From an uncultured Pseudomonadales bacterium (lineage in GTDB: Bacteria > Patescibacteriota > Microgenomatia > UBA1400 > PJMF01), in assembly GCA_964645645.1 (NCBI GenBank), contig CAZYBC010000004.1, positions 5,148 through 69,147 of the forward strand: a stretch of 64,000 nt of DNA, written 5' to 3'. The notes under the pieces were generated by a model that saw only the letters and a list, made by a program, of their open reading frames with translations, was not told where the DNA came from and searched no databases. The translations under genes were made by a program, and so were the position numbers. Positions 18,909-29,674 of the stretch are shown in pieces (within the stretch, counting starts at the first letter, position 1; every line of letters begins with the position of its first letter).

Positions 18909-19662
18909 CGTTATAGAAAAGTAGGTACTGATTATTTAAGCAATAATACAATTGGATATGCTCACTCAATTATTTTTATAGACGCTCTTATAAAACGAAC
19001 GTCAGAATTATCTGGAAAATCTGAAACAGAGATAAGATATTCATTATATTCTGGGTACTTGAGAGGTGATCACAGTGCACTAAGGGTTTTTAAAGAAACA
19101 TTTGGAGTTAATGCTTTGAGTTATTTATCAATTCTAGATGATTCACATTCATCATGGATGTATATTGAAATAGTTGCAAAAAAATTTGGATTCAAACCTG
19201 ATGAAATAGAACAAATGAAAATAAAAGCACAAGATTATGTCGAAAATAAAAAACCAATTAATATTATGGGAGGAATAATAATATAAAAAGTTTAACCCTT
19301 TTTACAAGTTAAATTTCTCAAAAATTAATCTAGATATCCCATGCAGTCTTGTAATGGGTTCTTGTACAAAAGAGTTAATAAATGGTGATACAAGCGACTG
19401 TGAAGGAGACGTTTATACTACTGAGAGAGGTCAAGATAGATGTATAACAAAAAAGCTAGAAAATTTTGAAGTTACTCAAGATAAACTGATATGGTATGGA
19501 AAAAAACACGATCTTTAGAATAAAAATTTTGGGGTCGGTCACCATACTTAATAAGTAGTAGTTTGATGCAGTCGGTAGAGCGTATTTTAGCAGTGTTTGA
19601 TGATGCGGTGCAGTTTGGGCTGGTATCACTTCGATTGAATGAAATATACAACTTACAACTTA

Positions 19663-21414
19663 CTAGCTATTCTTCGTAAAAAGCACTGGAGTATTTGATT
19701 GCGGGCAAACGCCCTCAATTATGTTTGTTTGAATCACTATGGGCATTGGAAATTCATTTCCCGTTAACAAGGCCTGCCCCCTTTTGAAGGTTGGTAAAAA
19801 TGACAACAACCCTAAAGAACTATCTTGCACCGAATTCTTGATTGCCTCAATATCTCGGTCATTTATTAACCTATGAGCTATGAATGTTCCCATTTGACTT
19901 AATACACCTGCAGGAATATCTGCTGGTCTTTGTGTGCTAAGGCATAAAAAAAGTCCAAATTTTCTAGATTCTTTTGCTAGCTTTGCAAATGCGTCTAGTC
20001 TGTATTCGTTAGAGTATTCATCTTTTACTCGATCACGTTCAAAAATTAGGTGGGCTTCATCTACCATTAACACAACTGGTTTCAATTTAAAATTTTTAAA
20101 TACATCTAACTGCTTCCTCAATCCCTCAAGAAAAAACCTACCGATTGCATTACTAAATATATCCCTAGCATATGCATCAGTCGGAATTTGTGAAACGTCA
20201 AGCAAAAGCAATTTTTCGTTAGAATTATAAAATTCAATAAACTCATTCGCAAACTCTTTTAACTCACTTATCTTCTTAAAACCGAACAAAGTTGAAATAC
20301 CATTCTTAACCCTTAAATTTGATATTCTTCTGACAAGGGATGTGCAATGATCCAGGTGTCCCATATTCTGACCACCCCATAAAGCATAATTTTTTTCACC
20401 TTGTCTTGAACCAAATGCAGCGTCGTATACACACTCATACTCTATCTGCTTCATTAATTTTCCAATATCAAAGTCAGCGTATTCATCTTCGACTTGTTCA
20501 ATATATTGTTCATACAAAGTGTTATATTTTACTTTTTCCAAATTTTCTTTAATTATGTACCCTTCCTTAACAATTTCGGATTCATCTGCAACTTTGGCCA
20601 ACTTAAGACTTCTTATGGCTTGTTGCAAAATTGGTTCTTGAACTTGCCCAGATGGTCTAAAAAGTGCAAATAAATCAGATTCAGTCAACTTCTGATATGG
20701 AAAATTTGTGTCCCCACCTTCTCCAAATTTTAACCTTCGTGTATATGTTTGTTTACCAAATACCTCAAATTCACCATTTGCGTCTATTAATACAATTTTG
20801 GAATTATTTTTTTTAACGAGTTCTTCAATTAATTTTGCTAAGGTATAACTCTTCCCACTACCAGTAGTGCCAACAATTGCACAATGTCTTGATAATAGCG
20901 CGTTTGCAGATACTCTGATTGCTTTAGCTGAATCAGAATCGAGCTTGGCTAGTTCAAGTAGATCTTGAGGCGAATTTTTATCGTTTGTCTTCTTGCCAAA
21001 ATCTTTGATTAATTTTTCTAATAATGTAATTGGACAAGCATAGGCTTTTGCACCTATTTCGGGATATTGCTCTACGCCTGCGCCATTGTTCACTAAACTA
21101 AATGAATCGAAAGATAATTGAAATTCAACGATTGCAACGGGATAAGAATTGCTTTTTTTAATTGCAGAACTGCTTTCATATGAAGAATTTTTATCCTGCA
21201 ATACAACCTTGATAGTTTTCGCTAACAAACCATAACCATGCCCCTCAATCACCACATAATTACCAACGAGTCCACCCTGTAGGATTTCACCATCATAATA
21301 AAATCTATCAAGTAATTTAGGAGATGGGAAACAAACGCTTGCTGTTGTAGGCGTAACAGAAGAAACATATCCAATGAACCGTTCACGATTAAAAGGGGAC
21401 GCCGTCATCTTCAA
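19663..21414 (-). CDS. herA: HerA-like ATPase (Sir2-HerA anti-phage system)
   Basis: HCAIVGTTGSGKS, VDEAH, ESRKFGL, STQRP; N-terminal HAS-barrel-like region; overlaps Sir2 gene. Confidence 0.88.
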   Translation of the reverse strand: MKMTASPFNRERFIGYVSSVTPTTASVCFPSPKLLDRFYYDGEILQGGLVGNYVVIEGHGYGLLAKTIKVVLQDKNSSYESSSAIKKSNSYPVAIVEFQLSFDSFSLVNNGAGVEQYPEIGAKAYACPITLLEKLIKDFGKKTNDKNSPQDLLELAKLDSDSAKAIRVSANALLSRHCAIVGTTGSGKSYTLAKLIEELVKKNNSKIVLIDANGEFEVFGKQTYTRRLKFGEGGDTNFPYQKLTESDLFALFRPSGQVQEPILQQAIRSLKLAKVADESEIVKEGYIIKENLEKVKYNTLYEQYIEQVEDEYADFDIGKLMKQIEYECVYDAAFGSRQGEKNYALWGGQNMGHLDHCTSLVRRISNLRVKNGISTLFGFKKISELKEFANEFIEFYNSNEKLLLLDVSQIPTDAYARDIFSNAIGRFFLEGLRKQLDVFKNFKLKPVVLMVDEAHLIFERDRVKDEYSNEYRLDAFAKLAKESRKFGLFLCLSTQRPADIPAGVLSQMGTFIAHRLINDRDIEAIKNSVQDSSLGLLSFLPTFKRGQALLTGNEFPMPIVIQTNIIEGVCPQSNTPVLFTKNS

Positions 21415-22681
21415 TGTCCTCTCTAGCAGGTTCTTTTATTAATATACCTTCATGTCTAGCTTCGAAAGTTTTTTCGGCCTCCTCATCAAAGTTAATTGGA
21501 ATTTCATTAACAAATCTTTGAAAAGTATCAGCAATCAATGTGATGTTATTATTTGTTTGATCACTAATTTTTTTGTTGAACATCGACACAACTTCTTGAG
21601 AAGATTTTTCGTCAGTTATTTTTGGTGATACTATTGCTAATTCGAAATTGAGATTAGACTCCAATGCTTCTAAAACCGCTCGATTGATATGTAGATCACT
21701 AAAACTATAGCCGATAACGAGCAAAACGGTATTTTCCTTTCTTAACGTCTGCTGAAACCTTGACATCATTTCAAAAAATGGCATTTGATAGCTTTGCTCG
21801 AATTTATGATTACTTGGGGGAATTATCATCGGATCATCGCTTGGTGTTTGGAGTCGTATAACTTGCGCTTTGTCTTCTGATCCTTCCCAATCTAAAGAAC
21901 CATGAAGTTTGAATAGTTGAAACACTTTTTCCTCATAATTTTCCTGGTCGTGAATTCTGTGATGTTCTCGTTTGACAATATCTAAGTCGAAATTTGAACC
22001 ATGAAAGACGGGTTTTCTAGTAAATGAAAACCCATCAACAATTGTGGCATTAATCATTTCACCTGCTTGCTCAAATAAAGTATCGTAATTCAATGTATAT
22101 AGCTGTAATCTACGTTTGTTTGAACTGCGAGCAGATATGACACTTTTTAAAAATTTCTTATGTGGTGAATTATCATGTAAAAATAAATTGCATTCACTTT
22201 TAATCGTTTTTATTATTGATTGCTTGACTTCGATGCATAATGATACATTTTCTTTTGTTTCTTGTCGTATATCGTATTCATTAGCTGTAGAATACATCTC
22301 AAGTTTGCTAATGAATCGCTCAAGCTGAAAATTATCTTCTTTTTCATTTAACAAATTTTGAAGAGCAGACACCTTCTTTTCATCAATATTTTTTTTGCAT
22401 TCAACCCAAATTTGCCCAACAGTTTTACCAGTATATTTGGTAGATGTTGTATCTAGGCTCTTGCCTTTTTTATCTAAAGTGATGGATGTGCCAGCTCCAG
22501 TTAATACCACAAAGTTGTCAGCCAACAGCCACTCTTTTAATTTTTGAGATATTTCTTGATATGCTAATTTTATACTCGACTCATCAATATAAGTAGAAAC
22601 ACCATCTGTTAATTTTACTTGGGCTTTTGAATTAGCTTTAATGCCAGTACTTGATTTGATCAGAGATAGAGTATCTCCCAT
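21389..22681 (-). CDS. SIR2-like NADase (Sir2-HerA anti-phage system)
   Basis: TGAGTS, TLNYD, KLHGS, GYSFSDLHIN. Confidence 0.88.
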   Translation of the reverse strand: MGDTLSLIKSSTGIKANSKAQVKLTDGVSTYIDESSIKLAYQEISQKLKEWLLADNFVVLTGAGTSITLDKKGKSLDTTSTKYTGKTVGQIWVECKKNIDEKKVSALQNLLNEKEDNFQLERFISKLEMYSTANEYDIRQETKENVSLCIEVKQSIIKTIKSECNLFLHDNSPHKKFLKSVISARSSNKRRLQLYTLNYDTLFEQAGEMINATIVDGFSFTRKPVFHGSNFDLDIVKREHHRIHDQENYEEKVFQLFKLHGSLDWEGSEDKAQVIRLQTPSDDPMIIPPSNHKFEQSYQMPFFEMMSRFQQTLRKENTVLLVIGYSFSDLHINRAVLEALESNLNFELAIVSPKITDEKSSQEVVSMFNKKISDQTNNNITLIADTFQRFVNEIPINFDEEAEKTFEARHEGILIKEPAREDIEDDGVPF

Positions 22682-22713
22682 ATATTCCTCACTATCATTT
22701 GTTAACTATTTAT

Positions 22714-24165
22714 TTAACTCGCTTTCACCAACGATGCCTCCAATTCCTCGAATTGCTCTAAGGCATTACGAAGGTTTTCGGTAATTTCAGCAAGTAATAT
22801 CTCTGGCTCAGGTAGGTTTTCTAAATCTTCAAGCGATTCATCTTTAAGCCAAAAAATGTCCAAGCTCGTATTGTCACGCTTTATCAATTCGTCGTAAGAA
22901 AACATTTTGAAACGGTTGGTTTCAGAGCGTTCATGGCGATTGGTGGGGTTGTAGCAAGCAATGAAGTCCTCAAGGTCTTTTAAGGTCATCATATTTTGTT
23001 TTAAGGTGAAGTGTTTATTGGTTCTAAGATCGTAAAACCAAACCTCTTTTGTCCAAGGGTTTTCACTAGCTGGCTTTTTATCAAAAAAGATCACATTAGC
23101 CTTGACTCCATTGGCGTAAAAAATCCCAGTCGGTAATCGTAGGATGGTATGGACATCATAGTCATGCAGTAGCTTCTTGCGTATCGTTTCACCCGCGCCT
23201 GCTTCAAATAGTACATTGTCAGGAACTACCACCGCAGCACGACCACCAATTTTTAGTAGTGTTTTGATGTGTTGTAAAAAGTTTAATTGTTTGTTGGAAG
23301 TAGTCGCCCAAAAGTCTTCTCGCTCATAGGTTTGTTGTTCAGATTCAACCTCTCCAGCGGTATTGGTAATTTTAATACTGCTTTTTCGCCCGAAAGGTGG
23401 ATTAGTTAATACCAAGTCGAATCTATCGCCAGGGTCAGAAATAAGGCTATCTCCTACAGTTACAGGGCTGTTTTCACCGCCTATGCCATGCAAGAACAAG
23501 TTCATAGCACACAGTCTGGCGGTATTATCGACAATATCCCAGCCTTTAAAGGTGTTATTTCGTACAAACATCTGTTGGTCGATATCAAGCTTATGGTGTT
23601 CGTTTAGGTATTCATTAGTTGCTAGGAAAAATCCACCGGTACCACAAGCCGGATCGCACACCGTTTGGCCTGGTTCTGGTCGCATAACCTCCACCATAGC
23701 TCGAATTAAAGCTCTAGGGGTAAAGTATTGCCCAGCTCCGCTTTTGGTATCTTGGGCATTTCGTTCAAGCAAACCTTCGTAGATTTCACCTTTAACGTCT
23801 ACATCTAAGCCCATCCAAGTTTCACCATCGATCAAACTAACCAATCTTTTTAGTTTTGCAGGGTCTTGAATACGGTTTTGTGATTTACGGAAAATTAGGC
23901 CAAGTAAACCGCCTTCTTTTGAAAGCTCAAGCAAAATATGGCGATATTGTGCTTCAAGGTCAGTACCGTTGAGTTTAATTAAACTAGCCCAATCTAAACC
24001 TTCTGGGATTATTGAGGCTCTTTTGGTTAGCTTTGTTTGTTCATCAGCCATTTTGAGGAATAGAAGATAGGTAAGCTGTTCGACGTAATCGCCATAGCTT
24101 ACTCCGTCATCCAACAAAACAGTGCAAAATCCCCAAACTTTATTTACGATATTTGATTTTGTCAT
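22714..24165 (-). CDS. hsdM: Type I RM N6-adenine methyltransferase
   Basis: GQYFTPR, DPACGTGGF, NPPF. Confidence 0.95.
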   Translation of the reverse strand: MTKSNIVNKVWGFCTVLLDDGVSYGDYVEQLTYLLFLKMADEQTKLTKRASIIPEGLDWASLIKLNGTDLEAQYRHILLELSKEGGLLGLIFRKSQNRIQDPAKLKRLVSLIDGETWMGLDVDVKGEIYEGLLERNAQDTKSGAGQYFTPRALIRAMVEVMRPEPGQTVCDPACGTGGFFLATNEYLNEHHKLDIDQQMFVRNNTFKGWDIVDNTARLCAMNLFLHGIGGENSPVTVGDSLISDPGDRFDLVLTNPPFGRKSSIKITNTAGEVESEQQTYEREDFWATTSNKQLNFLQHIKTLLKIGGRAAVVVPDNVLFEAGAGETIRKKLLHDYDVHTILRLPTGIFYANGVKANVIFFDKKPASENPWTKEVWFYDLRTNKHFTLKQNMMTLKDLEDFIACYNPTNRHERSETNRFKMFSYDELIKRDNTSLDIFWLKDESLEDLENLPEPEILLAEITENLRNALEQFEELEASLVKAS

Positions 24166-25307
24166 ACTAATTTCCCTTCAAAAGCTTGTTTTAAAATTGA
24201 TTGCTTAAGTTGATTGGTTTTTATTTTTGTCATTTGTAATAAGTTATTCAAATACGCTACTTTCGAAGATATTTCTTCATATTCTAAGTATGCCTGTTCA
24301 ACTGTTTTTCTTTCTGGTACCGGCACACATATTCTTGCAAGAGTTGATTGACTAATAGTGTTTTGCCCGGCCGATGACACCTTGTTTAGCTGAACAAACT
24401 TTCTCATCTTCGAAGTATTCATATACATCTGTACCCACTCAGCTAGATAAGGTTGTTTTAATCGAAATCGAATAAAATGATCACAGAATGCAATATCACC
24501 ATCTAGCCTATTACATAAAATCATTCGTCCAACAAAATTAGTACTCCCGTTAACACGGATGCACAATAAATCGTTTTCAGATAATTTATATTTTTCAATT
24601 TCGTTTTGATCTAATAAAATTGATCTTGTTTTTGTTAAATCTAATTTTTGGTCACTAATATCTGCCAACCTAACAACAACAGTATTTATTCCTGTTGTCC
24701 CAGAACGTTTGCTAATACCATTTTGAGATAGTTCAAATAATTCAGGAAATGTAATCAAATTTGAACTTGGTTGAACATTGTTAAACAATCTTTCAAGCCA
24801 TGAAGCTCTATATGTTTCTGTTTCTATAATTAATTTTTTTATTTCACCTATATTTACATCAATCACTGAAAACAGCTCTTCAATTTTATCGACGATTTTT
24901 TGTTGGTCATCTATTGGAGGGAGTGGAATTTGTAAGGGTGACAAATTAGTCCGAGTAATTTGCGGCTGTGCTGAACCTGAAATTACTTTTGAAAAATCAG
25001 AGCCTATCAAAGCGTATTTTAAAAACAACTTATTAAGGTTATCAGTTTTTGGTTTTGCAACCATTGAATTACCTGTAATCCACGAAAACGCTTCACTAAA
25101 ATTTATCGTTCCACAAGTTGCCCCACGACAAGTAATACAAACCTGTTCATCTTCATGATTGTATTGGTCATAATATCCTATGACGCCATTAGCGCCATAA
25201 ACCTTATATTTCCCATATTTTAAAATTTGCTTTGATGTAATAGTTTTGGGTTGGTATAAATCACACACATCCCCCAAACTTACTTTTTTATAAATACTAT
25301 TTGTCAT
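24162..25307 (-). CDS. hsdS: Type I RM specificity subunit
   Basis: Two TRDs joined by IPLPPIDDQQKIV; ends LKQSILKQAFEGKLV. Confidence 0.93.
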   Translation of the reverse strand: MTNSIYKKVSLGDVCDLYQPKTITSKQILKYGKYKVYGANGVIGYYDQYNHEDEQVCITCRGATCGTINFSEAFSWITGNSMVAKPKTDNLNKLFLKYALIGSDFSKVISGSAQPQITRTNLSPLQIPLPPIDDQQKIVDKIEELFSVIDVNIGEIKKLIIETETYRASWLERLFNNVQPSSNLITFPELFELSQNGISKRSGTTGINTVVVRLADISDQKLDLTKTRSILLDQNEIEKYKLSENDLLCIRVNGSTNFVGRMILCNRLDGDIAFCDHFIRFRLKQPYLAEWVQMYMNTSKMRKFVQLNKVSSAGQNTISQSTLARICVPVPERKTVEQAYLEYEEISSKVAYLNNLLQMTKIKTNQLKQSILKQAFEGKLV

Positions 25308-28012
25308 ATCACTAAATAACTATTCAATTCATTTGTAATCTGCTCTAGTTGCCCGCCAAACACCTCATGAGCCTTAAAGATACCACCCCTATCTCTGAAT
25401 GGAGGTAACTCAAAACTAGTGATTTCTCCATTAAGCTGAATTGAGCCATTGATTGCCACAAAGTCTTTAATCATTTTAAGCCAAAAAAGTTGATCGTCAG
25501 AAAATTGCATACCTTTGGCATGAGTATCATCCAGCCATTTTTGGAATCGCTCTTCAACTGTAGTGGGGAATGGTTCGAGGTCTTGGGATTTATCTACCGC
25601 AAATCGGACTAAGGAAACAATGTTAGTTAACACTCGATCTGGCCTGGCATTTCTGACCTTTGATTTATACAGCTCTCGATATGCATTCCATAGCTGATCA
25701 TTGGTGAATCTGACATTGGCATGAAGCAACCTATCTCGAAGTTCCTTAATTTCTTGGAAGGTCAAAGCCTGTTTTTTGTACGGCTTGTTAAAGATAATTT
25801 GCAAGGCAGTAATTTCATCTTGATTTTGTTTGATGTACTCCTCAAAACTTTGGACTAATTCTTGTGGGGCGATTGGTTCGGGCTTCGGAACGTCAATCGG
25901 ATTGTCTGGGGATAGGTCAATCACTATTTCATTGCGTTGTTTAATATCGAGCATTAACTGTCTAAAGTCGGGATTATCGAAATAATTTAGAGCCTCTTGT
26001 TTCTGTTGTTGCTTTTGCTCATCAGTGCCAGCTTTGTCAGGGTCGATCACATCTAAAAGTTCGTGAGCCACTTGTTTTAAGGTAACTCCATTATTGGCTT
26101 GTTGTAGTTCGTCTTTATCGGAATCAGATAATGATTGTTCAAATTTGGAAATACGACCAGCCAGAGAGGCAATCCCATCATCATCAATGGTTCTTAGGGC
26201 TGCACTTTCAAGCAAGGATTTGAATGACACAAATGGTTGACGCTCAAGAGTACGAGAATCAGTTTTTACGCTTTCAGTTACCCCAACAGCATCAAAAATT
26301 ACAAATCTGTTTTTGTAATCTGCATCAGGTGTGACAGCTTTAAGGTCATCCTCGCCAATGGTACGAGTCCCTCGACCCTTCATCTGCTCAAAATAAACTC
26401 GGGATTTGACATCACGCATAAAGATCAAGCACTCAAGGGGTTTGATGTCGGTACCAGTCGAAATCATATCAACCGTAACGGCTATACGTGGGAAATATGA
26501 ATTGCGGAAACTTTGAATTAAATCTTCGACGTTTTCGCCTGTTCGGTAGGTAATCTTTTTTGCAAACTGATTTCATTTACCAAATACTTCACGCACGATA
26601 TGAACAATCTCCTCTGCATGGTTATCATCTTTGGCAAAAATCAAAGTTTTGGGAACAGTTTCACGATCAGGGAAAATATCAGGCAACCAGTTTTTGAATA
26701 CTCGTATAACAGTTCTAATCTGATCGGGGGCAACTACACTTCGATCAAGCTGACTAGCTTCATAGGTTAAATCTTCATCTAATTGCTCCCATCTAAGTTT
26801 TCTAGTTTGACGATCACGAACATCAACAAAAGTGCCTTGATTGATGGTATTACCTTGCTCACCAATTTGAGTTTTGATGCGGTATACGTCGTAACCAACG
26901 TTAATTCCATCAGCTACAGCACGTTCATGAGAATACTCCATGATGAGATTGCTATTGAAAAAGCCTACCGTATGTTTTGATGGCGTGGCAGTTAATCCTA
27001 TTAGAGTAGCGTCAAAATACTCAAGGACTTGTCGCCAAAGGTTATAAATAGAGCGATGGCATTCGTCGGTTACAATAAAGTCAAAGGTTTCGATAGGTAG
27101 TTTAGGATTGTATTCAACTGGTGCATTATCTTCGTAACTAAAAGCAGGTGGATTATCAAATTGTGAACCTTCTTCCAATGTTTCATCAAAATCTTGATTT
27201 CCTGAAAGAATTGAGTACATGCGTTGGATGGTGCCAATGCAAACTTTACTAACCGGATCAATGCTGGGGCTTTTAAGATGCTGAACGTTGTATAGCTCGG
27301 TAAACTTGCGGCCATCATCGGGAACGGTAAACTTTTGGAATTCTTTGAGTGTTTGTCTGCCCAAGTTGCCACGATCGACTAAAAATAAAATACGTTTGGC
27401 TTTGCCATATTTAAGCAATCGGTAAATAAACGAAGTAGCAGTAAAAGTTTTACCACTACCTGTGGCCATTTGAAGTAAAGCTCGGGGATCGTCTTTGGCC
27501 AATGATTTTTCAAGATTGGTGATAGCCTCAATCTGACAATCACGAAGGCCAACCACGTTTAATTCTGGGAATTTTTGCAAACGACCTCTGAGGGTTGAGT
27601 CATCTTGCACCCATTCAAGTAATGTTTCTGGTTTATGGAAGGCGAACAAGCGTCTGGATCTAGGTTGTGGATCACGTTCATTTCGAAAAAAAGTTTCTGT
27701 TCCAGTACTTTCGTAAGCAAATGGTAGGTTTTCATCCACCTTGGGTAAATTTGGATCGGTACTGGTAATGTACTTGCCAGATTGTTCGGCAACACCGCTA
27801 AGGGTAGTGCCTGCCGCTTTGGCTTCGACTACACCCACTGCTTTTCGATCAACAAAAAGCATGTAATCGGCTGGTCCTTTTTGGGTTGGAAATTCTCTTA
27901 CAGCAACACCTAATTTTGCTCCTAGATTTAATCTGGAGCGATCTTGAATATCCCATCCTGCCTGGATGAGTAATTTATCGATATCTTGTCGTGCTATTTC
28001 TTCTGGTGTCAT
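25304..28012 (-). pseudogene. hsdR: Type I RM restriction subunit (EcoEI-like) with a single in-frame TGA at 26573-26575
   Basis: ADY..VEAK, ATGSGKT, DECHRS; frame continues EVFGK*NQFAKKITYRTG...IAVTVDMISTGTDIKPLE. Confidence 0.9.
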
Positions 28013-28194
28013 ACATATAGTTTCCTGAAAACTGAAGTACTGACAATTATAGCTCTTAGCCTGGGATAATAAAAGAATACAAGTTTACCTCTAAAAAATA
28101 CCTTTTTTGGGGTGGAGTAAGAGAGGTTGTTAGAAATTTAATTCCTCAGCTCAATCCCTATTTTCTCACACTAACAAGCTTTTGAAAAAAAAAT

Positions 28195-28227
28195 AGCTGC
28201 AAAAAGTTGGTCAGACTTTTTGCAGCT
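28195..28227 (-). terminator. Probable terminator hairpin
   Basis: 13-bp stem AGCTGCAAAAAGT/ACTTTTTGCAGCT, followed by a T run on the minus strand. Confidence 0.6.
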
Positions 28228-28247
28228 TGAAGTGATCTGATACCGCG

Positions 28248-28625
28248 CTACTGTTTTTTACGCCAGTTGCGATACCAGATCATAAATGGCAAACCAATTA
28301 ATAAGGCAGCCCCGCCAGCGAAGTAAAAAATCCAGTGGAAACTGAGTCCCATCTCGATTCCTCCTAAGCCAGCGATTAGAATCAACACAAACCACAACCT
28401 AAATTGCAGGTCTTGATCGTGTTTAACTCTAGCGTCAACTGCTTTTGCTCCCTTCATGCTCAAAGCAAACCACCCACGAATTAACAACCCAACTACGATA
28501 CCTCCCACTGCTGACCGAGCAAAGGGAAAGCTACCACCGTATGGAGTCATTAAAAAAATGAGCGCCGCAAGAGCAGAGAGAACTGAGAAAACGTTCACCT
28601 CCTGCTTTGGTGTCATTTCTAACAC
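28248..28625 (-). CDS. Hypothetical 4-TM membrane protein
   Basis: Hydrophobic 125-aa ORF with AGGAGG near the start. Confidence 0.6.
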   Translation of the reverse strand: MLEMTPKQEVNVFSVLSALAALIFLMTPYGGSFPFARSAVGGIVVGLLIRGWFALSMKGAKAVDARVKHDQDLQFRLWFVLILIAGLGGIEMGLSFHWIFYFAGGAALLIGLPFMIWYRNWRKKQ

Positions 28626-28726
28626 CTCCTTAGTTGCCGTAAGATTTGCTTTGCGCTAACGCATCGCCACAGCAACTAATAATTATTATATCAAGTAAAA
28701 GCTTAAAAGTAAATATTATAGGATAT

Positions 28727-28805
28727 TGGGGTGGCTGACGAGACTTGAACTCGCGACCTCCGCTTTCACAGAGCGGCGCTCTAAACCAACTGAGCTACAA
28801 CCACC
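28727..28805 (-). tRNA. tRNA-His(GUG), with G-1 and encoded CCA
   Basis: G-GTGGTTG..CCGCT-CTGTGAA-AGCGG..TTCAAGT..CAGCCAC-C-CCA cloverleaf. Confidence 0.95.
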
Positions 28806-28881
28806 ATATAAATGTTAACTGATTAATTTCAGCTAACTTTATTTTTAAAAAAGTCTAAAAGATTTTTCTAAGACTTTTCTG

Positions 28882-28955
28882 TACGCCAAGTAGGACTCGA
28901 ACCTGCGACCTACTGCTTAGAAGGCAGTCGCTCTATCCAGCTGAGCTATTGGCGC
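28882..28955 (-). tRNA. tRNA-Arg(UCU)
   Basis: GCGCCAA..ACTGC-CTTCTAA-GCAGT..TTCGAGT..TTGGCGT-A; one T-stem mismatch; no encoded CCA. Confidence 0.92.
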
Positions 28956-29038
28956 GTGTTTAGGTTAAATAACTAAAAAGCATTTAACCTGCATATTTTC
29001 TCAGAAAAACGTGTTTTTTTCTACTGTTAAATAAAAAC

Positions 29039-29626
29039 TTACTGATTAGCTTCTCCTAGCACAAACCCTTTAGCCTGCCCAAATTGCAAAAAACCATTAA
29101 AATCTAATTTTGTATTACTAATTTTAGAATCAGCAAAATTAGTTCTAAGAATGCTAGCACCACTTAAATCTGCCTTAGCCAAAATGCAATTTTCAAAGCT
29201 GGCTCCATCTAATTTAGCCAAAGAAAAATTAGCTTCTGACAGATCACATTTCATAAAGATACTATTACTCAAATCGCTTTTAGAAAAATTAGTTTTTTGT
29301 AATTTAGCCATTACTTTTAAATTTTTATCTCCAGATTTTAGTTTGTAAAAAATAGCGTTTTCAATTAAACATTCTTCAAAACTGCATTCCTTAAAGTTAA
29401 CTTCGGAAAAATCTAAATAACTTAATTTTGATTCTACAAATTTGCAAAATTCAAAAGCACTCATATCAAAAACCACTTCACTAAAATCACAATTCTGAAA
29501 AACGCAGTGCTTAAAAAATGACAGTCTTAAATTGACCTTACTAAATTTACAGTCAATAAAATTATCTTTTTCAAAATTTTCTCCGCTGAGTTCTGAAATA
29601 TTAAATTGTTTATGACGATAAAACAT
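29039..29626 (-). CDS. Pentapeptide repeat protein
   Basis: Tandem [ACS]x[FL]xx repeats (CDLSE ANFSL AKLDG ASFEN). Confidence 0.9.
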   Translation of the reverse strand: MFYRHKQFNISELSGENFEKDNFIDCKFSKVNLRLSFFKHCVFQNCDFSEVVFDMSAFEFCKFVESKLSYLDFSEVNFKECSFEECLIENAIFYKLKSGDKNLKVMAKLQKTNFSKSDLSNSIFMKCDLSEANFSLAKLDGASFENCILAKADLSGASILRTNFADSKISNTKLDFNGFLQFGQAKGFVLGEANQ

Positions 29627-29674
29627 AAGACTATAATATCACTCTTTTATACGCTATAATATCAGGTTACCTTT

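Larger units (their letters stand above)
18198..19286 (+). pseudogene. Gene fragment interrupted by IS200/IS605 element
   Basis: ORFs 18198-18437 and 18882-19286 share one reading frame on either side of the IS. Confidence 0.45.

Noticed and set aside
19354-19518. 54-aa Cys-containing ORF
   Set aside because: Short, no motif or clear start signal; probably a remnant
26573-26575. Genome-wide genetic code 25 (UGA=Gly)
   Set aside because: clpB, the first permease and the 32068-32724 NTase end at TGA at expected C-termini; long genes have no internal TGA
15418-28805. Island integrated at tRNA-His with att duplication
   Set aside because: No integrase, and only an 8-nt match (TGGGGTGG near 28108) to the tRNA 3' end
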